64,000 nt of DNA, taken from the NCBI GenBank assembly GCA_963745025.1, contig CAVUWD010000016.1, forward strand, positions 192,001 through 256,000. Reading direction: 5' to 3'. The position numbers were made by a program, and so were the translations under genes. Within the stretch, counting starts at the first letter, position 1; each line of letters starts with the position of its first letter. Positions 30,055-38,827 of the stretch are shown here, in pieces. The notes below the pieces were generated by a model. It did no database searches. It was not told the DNA's origin and worked only from the letters and a program-made list of their open reading frames with translations. The DNA is from an uncultured delta proteobacterium (GTDB lineage: Bacteria; Desulfobacterota; Binatia; JACPRU01).

Positions 30055-31036
30055 GGCCGAGGGCGGAAGCCGCGGCTGGCTGAGGCCTCTCGCCTCGGTC
30101 GCGCTCACCGCCGCGCTCTGCTTCGTGCTCCTGCGCAGGGTCGACCTTCACGAGCTCGTCGACTGGCTCGCGCGCGTCGACCGGCGCTACTACGCCGGCT
30201 ACGTGGCGCTGTCGATGGCGGGGCTGCTCGCCCGCTCGTTTCGCTATCATCTGCTGATCGGGCGCTGGGTCGGCTTCGGGCCGCTCGTGCTGGTGACGGC
30301 TGCGCGGAATTTCCTCGTCGACTTGCTGCCCGCCCGACTCGGCTCGCTGAGCTACGTCTACCTGCTCACGAGACGCTTCGAGGTCCCGCTCGACCCGGTG
30401 CTGTCGTCCTTCGTTCTGACCTTTCTCTACGACTTGCTCGCCATGACGCTGCTTCTCGGCGTAGCGCTCGTCCTCGAGCTCGGCCGTTTCGCAGCGAGCG
30501 CCGCGCTCGGCGCCGTGACGACGATCTTCGCGATCATGGTCGTGTTGATGTTTGCGCGCCTGGTGCCGACCCTGCGCTTCGCTGCGACCCACCTCCACGC
30601 GCGGCCGCGGACCCGAAACATCGCCGCGCGACTCGATGAGGTCGCGCGCGAGGTCGAGCGAACCGGCGGAGCGCGGCAGACGGTCGCGCTGACCGCGCTC
30701 TCGTTCCTCATCCGCCTGCTCAAGTTCGCCGCCTATTGGGCGTTGCTCCTCGGAGTCGTGCGCGAGCATGGGCTCACCGCCGCGGATCTGCCGTTCTGGA
30801 AGGTCTTCCTCGGCATCGCCGGCGCCGAGCTGTCGGCGACGTTGCCGATTCACGGGATCGCCGGGTTCGGGACCTATGAAACGGCGTGGGCGCTCGGTTT
30901 CGCCAGGCTCGGCTATTCTGCCCGGGTTGCGATCCTCTCCGGCTTCGCGACGCACCTGCTGTCGCAACTCTACGACTATTCGGTCGGGCTCGTCGCGCTG
31001 GCGATCGCGCTCGCGTGGTCGCAGAAATTGAAATGA
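30035..31036 (+). CDS. Lysylphosphatidylglycerol-synthase TM domain (flippase-like) protein
   Basis: RSFRY, LLPARLG, LPIHGIAGFGTYE, multiple TMs. Start GTG 30035 or 30041. Confidence 0.8.
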   Translation: MSVAAAEAEGGSRGWLRPLASVALTAALCFVLLRRVDLHELVDWLARVDRRYYAGYVALSMAGLLARSFRYHLLIGRWVGFGPLVLVTAARNFLVDLLPARLGSLSYVYLLTRRFEVPLDPVLSSFVLTFLYDLLAMTLLLGVALVLELGRFAASAALGAVTTIFAIMVVLMFARLVPTLRFAATHLHARPRTRNIAARLDEVAREVERTGGARQTVALTALSFLIRLLKFAAYWALLLGVVREHGLTAADLPFWKVFLGIAGAELSATLPIHGIAGFGTYETAWALGFARLGYSARVAILSGFATHLLSQLYDYSVGLVALAIALAWSQKLK

Positions 31037-32010
31037 GCCCGCGCGCGCTCGTGACCGGGGCGGGTGGATTCCTCGGCTCCCATCTGGTGGAGGGGCTGCT
31101 CGGCGACGGGTGTGCGGTGCGCGCGCTGGCCCGGCCGACGAACGTCCCTCGCTGGCTGGCCGATCGCGGCGCCGAGATCGTCGTCGGTGACGTGACTGTT
31201 CGCGAGACGCAGGCGGCGGCGTGCCAGGGCTGCCAGGTCGTGGTTCATGCCGCGAGCCTGGTGACGGAGGTCGCCGTGCCCGACTCCGAATACTTCCGGG
31301 TGAATGCCGAGGCCTCGGAGGCACTCGCTCGGTCGGCCGCCCGTGCCGGTGTGAAGCGCTTCGTGTTCGTGAGCTCGACCAGCGTGCATCGCCCGAATTC
31401 GGGAAGGCCGCTCGACGAGAATACCGCGCTCGAGCCCCAAGATGCTTACGGCGGATCGAAGGCGGAGGCGGAGCGTCGGCTCGCCGCGGTCGCGGCCGAG
31501 ACGGGGCTCACGCTCGTCGTCGTACGGCCGTCGCGAATCTACGGTCCGCGCGACGCATCCCTCGGACGGGTCTTCCGCGCGATCGACCAGGGGCGATTCT
31601 GGCGGATCGGACCTTGCAGCGCGGAGGTGGACTTCGTCTACGTGAGCGACGTCGTCACGGCGCTTTGCCGCGCGGCCACGTGCGGCATCGGGGTCTATCT
31701 GGTCGGCGGCCCGGAGCGGGTGACCCTCGAGCGTTTCTTCACCGAGGTCGCCGCGGCGCTCGGGCGCCGTCTGCCGCGGCTTCGCCTGCCGCTTCGCCCC
31801 GCCATGCTCGCGGCCGGCGTCATCGCGCGGGCGTATACCGCCGTCGGGCGCGAGCCCCCTGTGGCCCCGAAGCGCTTCGCGTTCTTCCGCAACAGCCGCG
31901 TGGTGGCTGCCTCGCGGGCACGCATGGACCTCGGTTACGCTCCCACGGTTCACCTCCGCGAAGGAATCGCGCGCACCGCCGAGTGGTACCGCGAGTCGCG
32001 TTGGCGGTGA
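31033..32010 (+). CDS. NAD-dependent epimerase/dehydratase (extended SDR)
   Basis: VTGAGGFLG, YGGSK, IYGPRD. ATGA overlap. Confidence 0.9.
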   Translation: MSPRALVTGAGGFLGSHLVEGLLGDGCAVRALARPTNVPRWLADRGAEIVVGDVTVRETQAAACQGCQVVVHAASLVTEVAVPDSEYFRVNAEASEALARSAARAGVKRFVFVSSTSVHRPNSGRPLDENTALEPQDAYGGSKAEAERRLAAVAAETGLTLVVVRPSRIYGPRDASLGRVFRAIDQGRFWRIGPCSAEVDFVYVSDVVTALCRAATCGIGVYLVGGPERVTLERFFTEVAAALGRRLPRLRLPLRPAMLAAGVIARAYTAVGREPPVAPKRFAFFRNSRVVAASRARMDLGYAPTVHLREGIARTAEWYRESRWR

Positions 32011-32037
32011 GACCACCGCCGCGCGCGATCATCGCGC

Positions 32038-33483
32038 TCAAACGGAGCCGCTGGCCGAGCTTCCCTGCGGAACGGCGGGCTTTCGCGCGATCGCGATCAG
32101 CGACATGCCGAACGGAAGGCGCCACCGGCTCTCCAGCCGGAAAAGCGGCACGAGAAGGTCGTAGAGCGTCAGCTGCACGGGAGGAAACGTCGTGCGCTTG
32201 AGCAGTCGACTGTTCAGGTACCACCCGAAGACGCCGAGGAGGTTGAAAAACCAGCTCCCCTCGATCTCGAACCCGGCGCGACCGAGCTTGTCCAGGAGCT
32301 CGGCTCTCTCGTAGCGGCGGAAATGATCGAGAGCACGGTCGAGCGAGCCGTAGAGCGATTGCAGCGCGGGCACGAGCAGAATCAATCGGCCGCCGGGCTC
32401 GAGCAGCTCGTGGAAGGTTCGCAAGGCCCGTTCGTCGTCTTCGATGTGCTCGAGCACGTTCAGGCAAACCACCGTGTCGATGCGCTCCGCGCCGGGGAGA
32501 TCGACCGCGCCGTCGGTTTCCGTCGCCGGCGGCCGGTCGCCGAGATCGAACCGGCCGATCGTCACGTGCGTGTATGAATCGAAGAGGTGATGAAGAATCC
32601 GCAGATATTTGGCGTCGAGGTCGGTGGCGATCACGCGCTCGCGGCGCAGCAGAAAGCGGGTCATGTTGCCCACCCCGGCGCCGACCTCGAGCACGCGGCG
32701 ACCGACGTAGGGCTCGAGCTGCTCCCACATCCAGCGGTTGTAGCGGGAGACTTTCTGCATGCGCTGCAGAATGCGATATCCGGCGCGCTCGTTTTCCTCG
32801 TCGTCGACGAAGGCGTAGCGCAAGATCGTCGCGATCGCGGCGAAGCCGTCCCTCCAGCCGATCTTCTTGCCTTCCCAATAGTCGCGGCCGTGATACGAGA
32901 CGGGGACCTCGTACACGCGAAAGCCGAGGCGGGCGATCTTGGCGGTGATCTCGGGCTCGATGCCGAAGCGGTCCGAGCGCAGGCGCAAGCTCTTCACCAC
33001 CTCGCGCGTCATCATCTTGTAGCAGGTTTCCATGTCGGTGAGGTTCAGGTCGGTGACGAGGTTCGAGAGCAGCGTGAGGAAGCGGTTGGCGAGCTGATGC
33101 CGGAAGCGCAGCACGCGCCGCGGCCATCCGAGGAAGCGGGAGCCGTAGACCACGTCGGCTCGGCCGTCACGGATCGGCTCGATCAGCTTGTGGTAATCCT
33201 CAGGATCGTATTCGAGGTCGGCGTCCTGGATCACGACGACGTCGCCAGTCGCTTCCTCGAATCCTCGTCGCACGGCCGCTCCCTTGCCGCGGTTGTCGGG
33301 CTGGTAGAAGATGCGCAAGTTCGGCTCGGCGGGAAGCGCGGCGAGGAACTCGCGGGTACCGTCGGTCGACGCGTCGTCGACGACGAGGATCTCCTTGTCG
33401 AGTCCGACTGCCCGGACGCGCTTCAGGCATTCTTCGATGGTCGGGCGTTCGTTGTAGACCGGGATGACGACGGAAACTCGCAT
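32038..33483 (-). CDS. Bifunctional DPM-like GT2 / class I SAM methyltransferase
   Basis: VSVVIPVYNE, DDASTDGT, QDADLEY, DMETCYK, FGIEPE, then VLEVGAGVG, NVLEHIEDD, HFRRY. Confidence 0.92.
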   Translation of the reverse strand: MRVSVVIPVYNERPTIEECLKRVRAVGLDKEILVVDDASTDGTREFLAALPAEPNLRIFYQPDNRGKGAAVRRGFEEATGDVVVIQDADLEYDPEDYHKLIEPIRDGRADVVYGSRFLGWPRRVLRFRHQLANRFLTLLSNLVTDLNLTDMETCYKMMTREVVKSLRLRSDRFGIEPEITAKIARLGFRVYEVPVSYHGRDYWEGKKIGWRDGFAAIATILRYAFVDDEENERAGYRILQRMQKVSRYNRWMWEQLEPYVGRRVLEVGAGVGNMTRFLLRRERVIATDLDAKYLRILHHLFDSYTHVTIGRFDLGDRPPATETDGAVDLPGAERIDTVVCLNVLEHIEDDERALRTFHELLEPGGRLILLVPALQSLYGSLDRALDHFRRYERAELLDKLGRAGFEIEGSWFFNLLGVFGWYLNSRLLKRTTFPPVQLTLYDLLVPLFRLESRWRLPFGMSLIAIARKPAVPQGSSASGSV

Positions 33484-33855
33484 GGCAACGACAGAGCGGG
33501 TTCGTAGCGAAAATCGTGGGCCGACGCGAGTCAGCCGCCGGGCCCACCCGCATGCGGATACCTCGTGTCGCGTCAGCTGGCCCCCGCAGAACGCGCGGTA
33601 ATCTGCCCCCGTACGATGGCGGAACCGATCGCCCGATCGATTCCATGGCCTTCCCGGAGATTCACGACGGGTTGACACCTCGACCAGCCGGGAACGATCC
33701 GCGGCGCGAGGCGGCTGCCGCGCCCCGCTGTCGAGAATCGCGACGCGTGCCGGGGCCGGTGACCCGAGAATGATGTCGGAGGATCGTCGGTCGGGGAAAC
33801 TCCGGCCGCGGCAACTCGCTCTGTCCGCATCGATCCGCTATGGACCTGATTCGCC

Positions 33856-34992
33856 ATGTCTCGGTCCGAGATCTACGCGACGTGGGCACTGCTCGGCGCG
33901 CTGACCATACTCGTCTCGGTCCACTGGACCGTGTCGATCGACGAGTGGGCCTATCAATGGGTGCAGTATCACCGCAGCTGCGCCGTCGAGCGCGCCGCGC
34001 ACCGGATCGACCCGATCGTGCGCGCAGTCCTCGGCGTGCTGGTCGGCCTCGCGTTGGTGAGTGGCGGCTGGAGGCGTCCGTGGTACCTCATCGGTCTCCT
34101 CCTGCTCTTCGTCGTGGGAGCGGCCGCGACCGAGCTGATGAAGACCGCCATCGAAAGGCTGAGGCCCAACTCGACTCCGGGAACGATCACAGGGAATAGC
34201 TTTCCGAGCGGCCACATGACCGGCGCAACGATGGCAGCGATGATCGCCATCCTGCTGATCCGCGGGCGGGATTGGCGGCCGTGGATGCGCTGGTCGGGTT
34301 ATACGATGGCGGCCCTGGGCGCGCTGCTGCAAGGCGTCGGACGCCTTCTGACTGGCAGCCACTGGTTGAGTGACGTCTCGGCCAGCATGCTGCTCGCCGC
34401 GGCGTGGGTCCTCGCGGCGGGCCGGCTCCAGCGTTTGTCGCGCGTCGCCGTGGCCAGCCTGCTCGCCGTCGGCGGTATCGCCTTCGTCGTCTTCGACGAC
34501 CTGCCCGGAACGCGTTTCCGGCTACCGTCTGCTCTCGACGAGAATCGAAGTCCGCTCGCGTCGATCGAGTTCGGTACTCCCGAATCGCGCGCGTCCCTGG
34601 CGGGTCTCTGGGAGGACGGTCCCGCCGAGCCGATCGGCCCCGTGTCGTGGGCACGCTCGCCGGACGTCCGCGTGACTCTCCATGCGGTGAACCCGCCCGT
34701 CGGCATCTTGAAGGTGACGCTTCGCCCGGCGGCAGCGACGGAGAAGCGCAGCCTATGCGCGCGACTGGTGATCTCCGTGAATCAGTGGGTCGCGCCCGAG
34801 ATCGCTCTCGCCCGAGGATGGCGCGAGTATCACGTGGAGCCGCCGGCGGGGGCTTTCCGCGTCGGCGACAATACGATTCGCTTCCACATCGGGGCGGAGG
34901 GCGAAGCGAGCGGCGAAGACGCGGCGAGCGGGCTCGCCGCGTTCCGCTATTTGCGGCTGTATCCGCGCGAAACGGCTTCCGGTTACCGGTAA
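33856..34992 (+). CDS. PAP2 phosphatase with a C-terminal extracytoplasmic beta-sandwich domain
   Basis: KTAIERLRP, SFPSGH, RLLTGSHWLSDV (three PAP2 motifs), TMs, soluble tail. Confidence 0.88.
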   Translation: MSRSEIYATWALLGALTILVSVHWTVSIDEWAYQWVQYHRSCAVERAAHRIDPIVRAVLGVLVGLALVSGGWRRPWYLIGLLLLFVVGAAATELMKTAIERLRPNSTPGTITGNSFPSGHMTGATMAAMIAILLIRGRDWRPWMRWSGYTMAALGALLQGVGRLLTGSHWLSDVSASMLLAAAWVLAAGRLQRLSRVAVASLLAVGGIAFVVFDDLPGTRFRLPSALDENRSPLASIEFGTPESRASLAGLWEDGPAEPIGPVSWARSPDVRVTLHAVNPPVGILKVTLRPAAATEKRSLCARLVISVNQWVAPEIALARGWREYHVEPPAGAFRVGDNTIRFHIGAEGEASGEDAASGLAAFRYLRLYPRETASGYR

Positions 34993-35120
34993 AGAGTTCG
35001 CGGTGTCTCGTGCAATACCCGGTAGCGGGCCGCCGGCATTGAGCCTACGAGGTCGGTCGTGGCACCAAACGCAACGGACGTCTCGCCGGACGGGTGCAAT
35101 CGGGCGAGTCCGAAGCGAGG

Positions 35121-35465
35121 TCAGTGAACCGTCCGGTCTTCCTCGTTATCGTCGACCGAGGCCGCCCCGCGCAGCGATTTCGCCAGGCGCCGCATCTCCT
35201 CGAGCACCGCCTCCGATTGCTCGACACGTCGCTTGCCCTGGCACACGACCTCGTCGATTCCGGCGAGCCGCTGCTGGAACTGATGGATCGCCGTCGCCAT
35301 CCACCCTGCGAATATGGCCACGCCGACGAGCAGCAGCCCTTGGCCGAGATCCCCGCCGACGAGACTCGGAAGCGCGAGCAGCGCCGAGCTCACCGACAGG
35401 GCAACAGCGACTGTGAGGAACAGGCGCGCGACGACTTCAGCCGGGAAGAGCTTCGAGAACTTCAC
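35121..35465 (-). CDS. Small two-TM protein with coiled-coil tail, unknown function
   Basis: Two hydrophobic segments then a heptad-like region. GTG at 35465. Confidence 0.55.
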   Translation of the reverse strand: MKFSKLFPAEVVARLFLTVAVALSVSSALLALPSLVGGDLGQGLLLVGVAIFAGWMATAIHQFQQRLAGIDEVVCQGKRRVEQSEAVLEEMRRLAKSLRGAASVDDNEEDRTVH

Positions 35466-35601
35466 GACATCATCATACGCCGCTCGCGGGGACGGAGGGA
35501 AGAGAAACGTTGCGTCCGTAGTTGAGTCGTCGAGGCGAACGCTGCGAATCCCGGTCCAGAGCTTGGACGACTCGATACGTGCGCAACGTCCCCGTATCTG
35601 T

Positions 35602-37035
35602 TCATCGCGACTCGTTCGCGCCACCTTCGCCCGTCTCCGGCGTGAGCGTGATGAACAGGGTCGACTCGCCGCGTTGCACGAGCAGCAGCACTGGCCTTTC
35701 GGGCTTGCGGTCCGCGATCACCTTGTCGAAGGCCTCGGGCGTGGTGACCGACTTGCGATCGACCTCTCGGACGACGTCTCCGGGACGGATCTCCGCGTTG
35801 TCCGCAGGGCTGCCCGGATCGATGCTCGTCACGACGACGCCCTTGGTGTGCGGCGGAATCCCGAGCCGCTCGGCGACCTCCGGCGTGATCTTGTCCACGT
35901 GCAGGCCCAGGCGGGAGGTGGGCGACGCGGCTTCGGCGGCGATCTCCTTGTCCTTCAGCTCGCCGATCTCCGCCGTGATGGTCTTTTCCTGCCCTTCGCG
36001 CAGGACCTTGAGCTCGGCGCGCGTGCCGACCGGGGTCTCGGCGACTCGGATCGGCAGATCGCGGCTCGAGGTGATTTCCTTCCCCTGGTAGGCGACGATC
36101 ACGTCGCCGCGTTGGATCCCCGCCTTGTCAGCCGGGCCCTCCTTGGCGACGTCGGCAACCAGCGCGCCGGTCTCTTGCTTGACCCCCATCGCCTTCGAGA
36201 TCTCCGGCGTCACGTCCTGGATGGCGACGCCCAGCCAGCCGCGCACGACCTTGCCGCTCGTGCGCAGCGAGTCGGCGATGTGCGCCGCCATCTCGATCGG
36301 GATCGCGAACCCGATGCCGATGTTGCCACCGCTCTGGCTGTAGATCGCGCTGTTGATGCCGACCACCTCCCCGCGGACGTTGAGCAGCGGGCCGCCGGAG
36401 TTGCCCGGGTTGATCGAGGCGTCGGTCTGGATGAAGTCGTCGTACGGGCCAGCGCCGATGGCCCGGCCCTTGGCGCTGACGATTCCGGCGGTGACCGTCT
36501 CGCCGAGCCCGAACGGGTTGCCGATGGCGACCACCCAGTCCCCGACGCGCAAGTCGTCGCCGTGGGCGAGCTTGGCGGCCGGCAACGGATGATCGGTCTG
36601 AATCCGGATGAGCGCGATGTCGGTCTTTTTGTCCTTGCCGACGATCTTCGCCTTGAAGCGCTTCTGATCCTGCAGGATCACCTCGACGACGTCTCCGGCA
36701 TTGCCCACGACGTGGGCGTTGGTGAGGATCTCGCCATCGGGCGAAATGATCACACCCGATCCCAGGCTGCGCTCCTTGTAGCTCTTCGGCATCTGATCGA
36801 AGAAGCGGCGCATGAACTCTTCCATCGGATCCCCGGAGTGGCCGCCCGGAATTTCCGGCCGCTTCACCGTCTGCGTGGTCGAGATGTTCACGACGGCGGG
36901 GATCACGTCCTGCACGATGTCGGCAAATGAGGACGGGGGCGTGCCGTGCCCGGGCTCGGCCGCAGCGGCAGCAAGGGGCAGCGACCAACAAAGCGCGGCC
37001 ACGAGCGTCCGCAGCAACATTCCCGAACCGTTCAT
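35602..37035 (-). CDS. HtrA/DegP/DegQ serine protease with two PDZ domains
   Basis: LGSGVII, TNAHVV, TDIALI, QTDASINPGNSGGPL, RGWLGV. AAGGAGG RBS. Confidence 0.95.
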   Translation of the reverse strand: MNGSGMLLRTLVAALCWSLPLAAAAAEPGHGTPPSSFADIVQDVIPAVVNISTTQTVKRPEIPGGHSGDPMEEFMRRFFDQMPKSYKERSLGSGVIISPDGEILTNAHVVGNAGDVVEVILQDQKRFKAKIVGKDKKTDIALIRIQTDHPLPAAKLAHGDDLRVGDWVVAIGNPFGLGETVTAGIVSAKGRAIGAGPYDDFIQTDASINPGNSGGPLLNVRGEVVGINSAIYSQSGGNIGIGFAIPIEMAAHIADSLRTSGKVVRGWLGVAIQDVTPEISKAMGVKQETGALVADVAKEGPADKAGIQRGDVIVAYQGKEITSSRDLPIRVAETPVGTRAELKVLREGQEKTITAEIGELKDKEIAAEAASPTSRLGLHVDKITPEVAERLGIPPHTKGVVVTSIDPGSPADNAEIRPGDVVREVDRKSVTTPEAFDKVIADRKPERPVLLLVQRGESTLFITLTPETGEGGANESR

Positions 37036-37233
37036 GAATCGGAAACCTCCTTCGCCGGATCCCGCCGGCAGAAAACGCCAAGCCGCGCTCCATGCGCGAA
37101 AGACACGCCTTATGGACCGGATTCTGTCATACATCAAGGTGGCATAGGAGCCGGGGCGCTTCACGGTCCTGCAGCTTTCGCGGGCGCGATGAGAACACGG
37201 ATAGACCTCGGGGAGCCCGAAAGGCGGAAAACC

Positions 37234-37908
37234 GTGAGACTTCCTCCTGCGCTCGTGGTTCTGGCGCGCCATCCCGAAGCGGGAGGGGTCAAGACTCGGC
37301 TGGCGGCTTCGATCGGTGACGGGGCGGCGGCCGCCCTCTACCGGGCGTTTCTCCTCGACCTCGGACGCAGGCTCGCCGCCCATCCCGCGTGGGTCCTTCA
37401 CTGGGCGTTCGCGCCCGCGGACGCGCCGTTCGCCGCCGATATCGCCGGCGGCGAGAAGGCATTCGCGCAAACGGGCGGCGAGCTCGGCGATCGCATGGCC
37501 AGGGCCATCGAGCAGGTACTTGTCGAGGGTCATCGCAGTGCGGTGCTGATCGGATCCGACGTCCCGCACGTGCCGATCTCGACGCTCGAGGACGCTTTTC
37601 GGCATCTCGCGGCCGGCGCACCGCTCGTGCTCGGTCCTGCCGAAGACGGAGGCTACTTTCTCGTCGGCGCGACCTCGCTTCCGCCGATCTTTTGCGACAT
37701 CCGCTGGGGGGGCTCGGGCGTGCTCGAGGCGACGATCGCGGCCGCCCGGCGTGCGGGCATCGAGCCCGCGCTCGTCGCGCCGACCTACGACATAGACGAC
37801 CGCGAGGATCTGGAACGCTTGAGGGCCGAGATTCTGGCGGGGCGCGTCGGTGATCTGGCCGCGACCGAAGCCGCGCTGGAGCGCGTTCCCAGTCTCCGGT
37901 ATACATAG
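37234..37908 (+). CDS. CofC-like DUF2064/TIGR04282 family transferase
   Basis: GGVKTRLA, QTGGELGDRM, LIGSDVP, LGPAEDGGYFLVG, YDIDDREDL. Confidence 0.88.
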   Translation: MRLPPALVVLARHPEAGGVKTRLAASIGDGAAAALYRAFLLDLGRRLAAHPAWVLHWAFAPADAPFAADIAGGEKAFAQTGGELGDRMARAIEQVLVEGHRSAVLIGSDVPHVPISTLEDAFRHLAAGAPLVLGPAEDGGYFLVGATSLPPIFCDIRWGGSGVLEATIAAARRAGIEPALVAPTYDIDDREDLERLRAEILAGRVGDLAATEAALERVPSLRYT

Positions 37909-38029
37909 AACGATCGTAACAATCTGATGTCGATCGGAATCGAATCTCCACGCGAAATGCCAGCCGCCGATAGCGGAGATTCCGCATCGCCCGTCGTCGT
38001 CCCGATCGAGTCCGAACGCACTCGACGTC

Positions 38030-38761
38030 CTGTGGAGCGACTTTCGCTCTGCGCTATCGGAGCTGACGATCTTTGGAAGACGGGCTGACCCCTCGCGCCT
38101 ATCGATCGGCCGCGCGGCTCTCTTCTACCCCGCAATCGGCCTACTGATCGGCATCGCGGTGAGCCTACTCGACTGGGTGGTGCGCGCCTTCGTCGCGCAG
38201 GAGATCACCAACGTTGTGCTCGTCGGCGCCCTGGCGCTGCTCAGCGCCGGGCGTCAGCTCGACGGCTTCGCCACCACCGCCGACGGCCTGATCGGCTTTC
38301 GCGGCCGCGAGTGGGCGATTGCAACGATCCGCGACCGGCGGCTCGGCAGCTCGGGAGCCGCGGCGATTGCCTTCCTGCTGATTCTCAAGGTGCGGGGCCT
38401 TGACTTGCTGTCCGATCCGATGCGCGCGGTCGGCGTGCTGTTGTCGCCGATGATCGGGCGCGCGGCGCTCGTCTGCCTCGCGTACGGCTCGCGTGCCGCT
38501 GGCTCGGCTGCCGAGGCAGCTCCGTTCGATCCGGCGATCGGCCTGCGCGAGCTCGGTGGCGCAAGCGCCTTCGTCGCCGTGGTGACGCTCGCGCTTGGCG
38601 GCGCGCTCGGGCTGCTCGTGCTGATCGTCAGCGGGCTCGTGACCCTCGTACTGCGCTTCTATCTCGATCGCAGACTCGGCGGCGTTACCCCGCAGAGCCT
38701 CGATGCCGGTGCCGAGATCCTCGAGACGGTGGCGCTGATCGTGTTCGCGCTCGCGTCGTAA
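38030..38761 (+). CDS. cobS: CobS-like membrane protein (degenerate motifs, start uncertain)
   Basis: FRSALSELT, FYPAIGLLIG, LDGFATTADG, RDRRLG, RRLGGVT...AEILE. The frame is open upstream of GTG 38159 but has no ATG/GTG/TTG there. Confidence 0.7.
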   Translation: MWSDFRSALSELTIFGRRADPSRLSIGRAALFYPAIGLLIGIAVSLLDWVVRAFVAQEITNVVLVGALALLSAGRQLDGFATTADGLIGFRGREWAIATIRDRRLGSSGAAAIAFLLILKVRGLDLLSDPMRAVGVLLSPMIGRAALVCLAYGSRAAGSAAEAAPFDPAIGLRELGGASAFVAVVTLALGGALGLLVLIVSGLVTLVLRFYLDRRLGGVTPQSLDAGAEILETVALIVFALAS

Positions 38762-38767
38762 GAGGCG

Positions 38768-38819
38768 GCTACCGGTTTCCGGCAAGGCCTTCTCGGGTGT
38801 CTTGCCGGTCGCCGGTAAC
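38768..38819. terminator. Stem-loop between convergent cobS-like and amt genes
   Basis: TACCGG...CCGGCAAG pairs with CTTGCCGG...CCGGTA. Confidence 0.5.
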
Positions 38820-38827
38820 CCGTAGGC

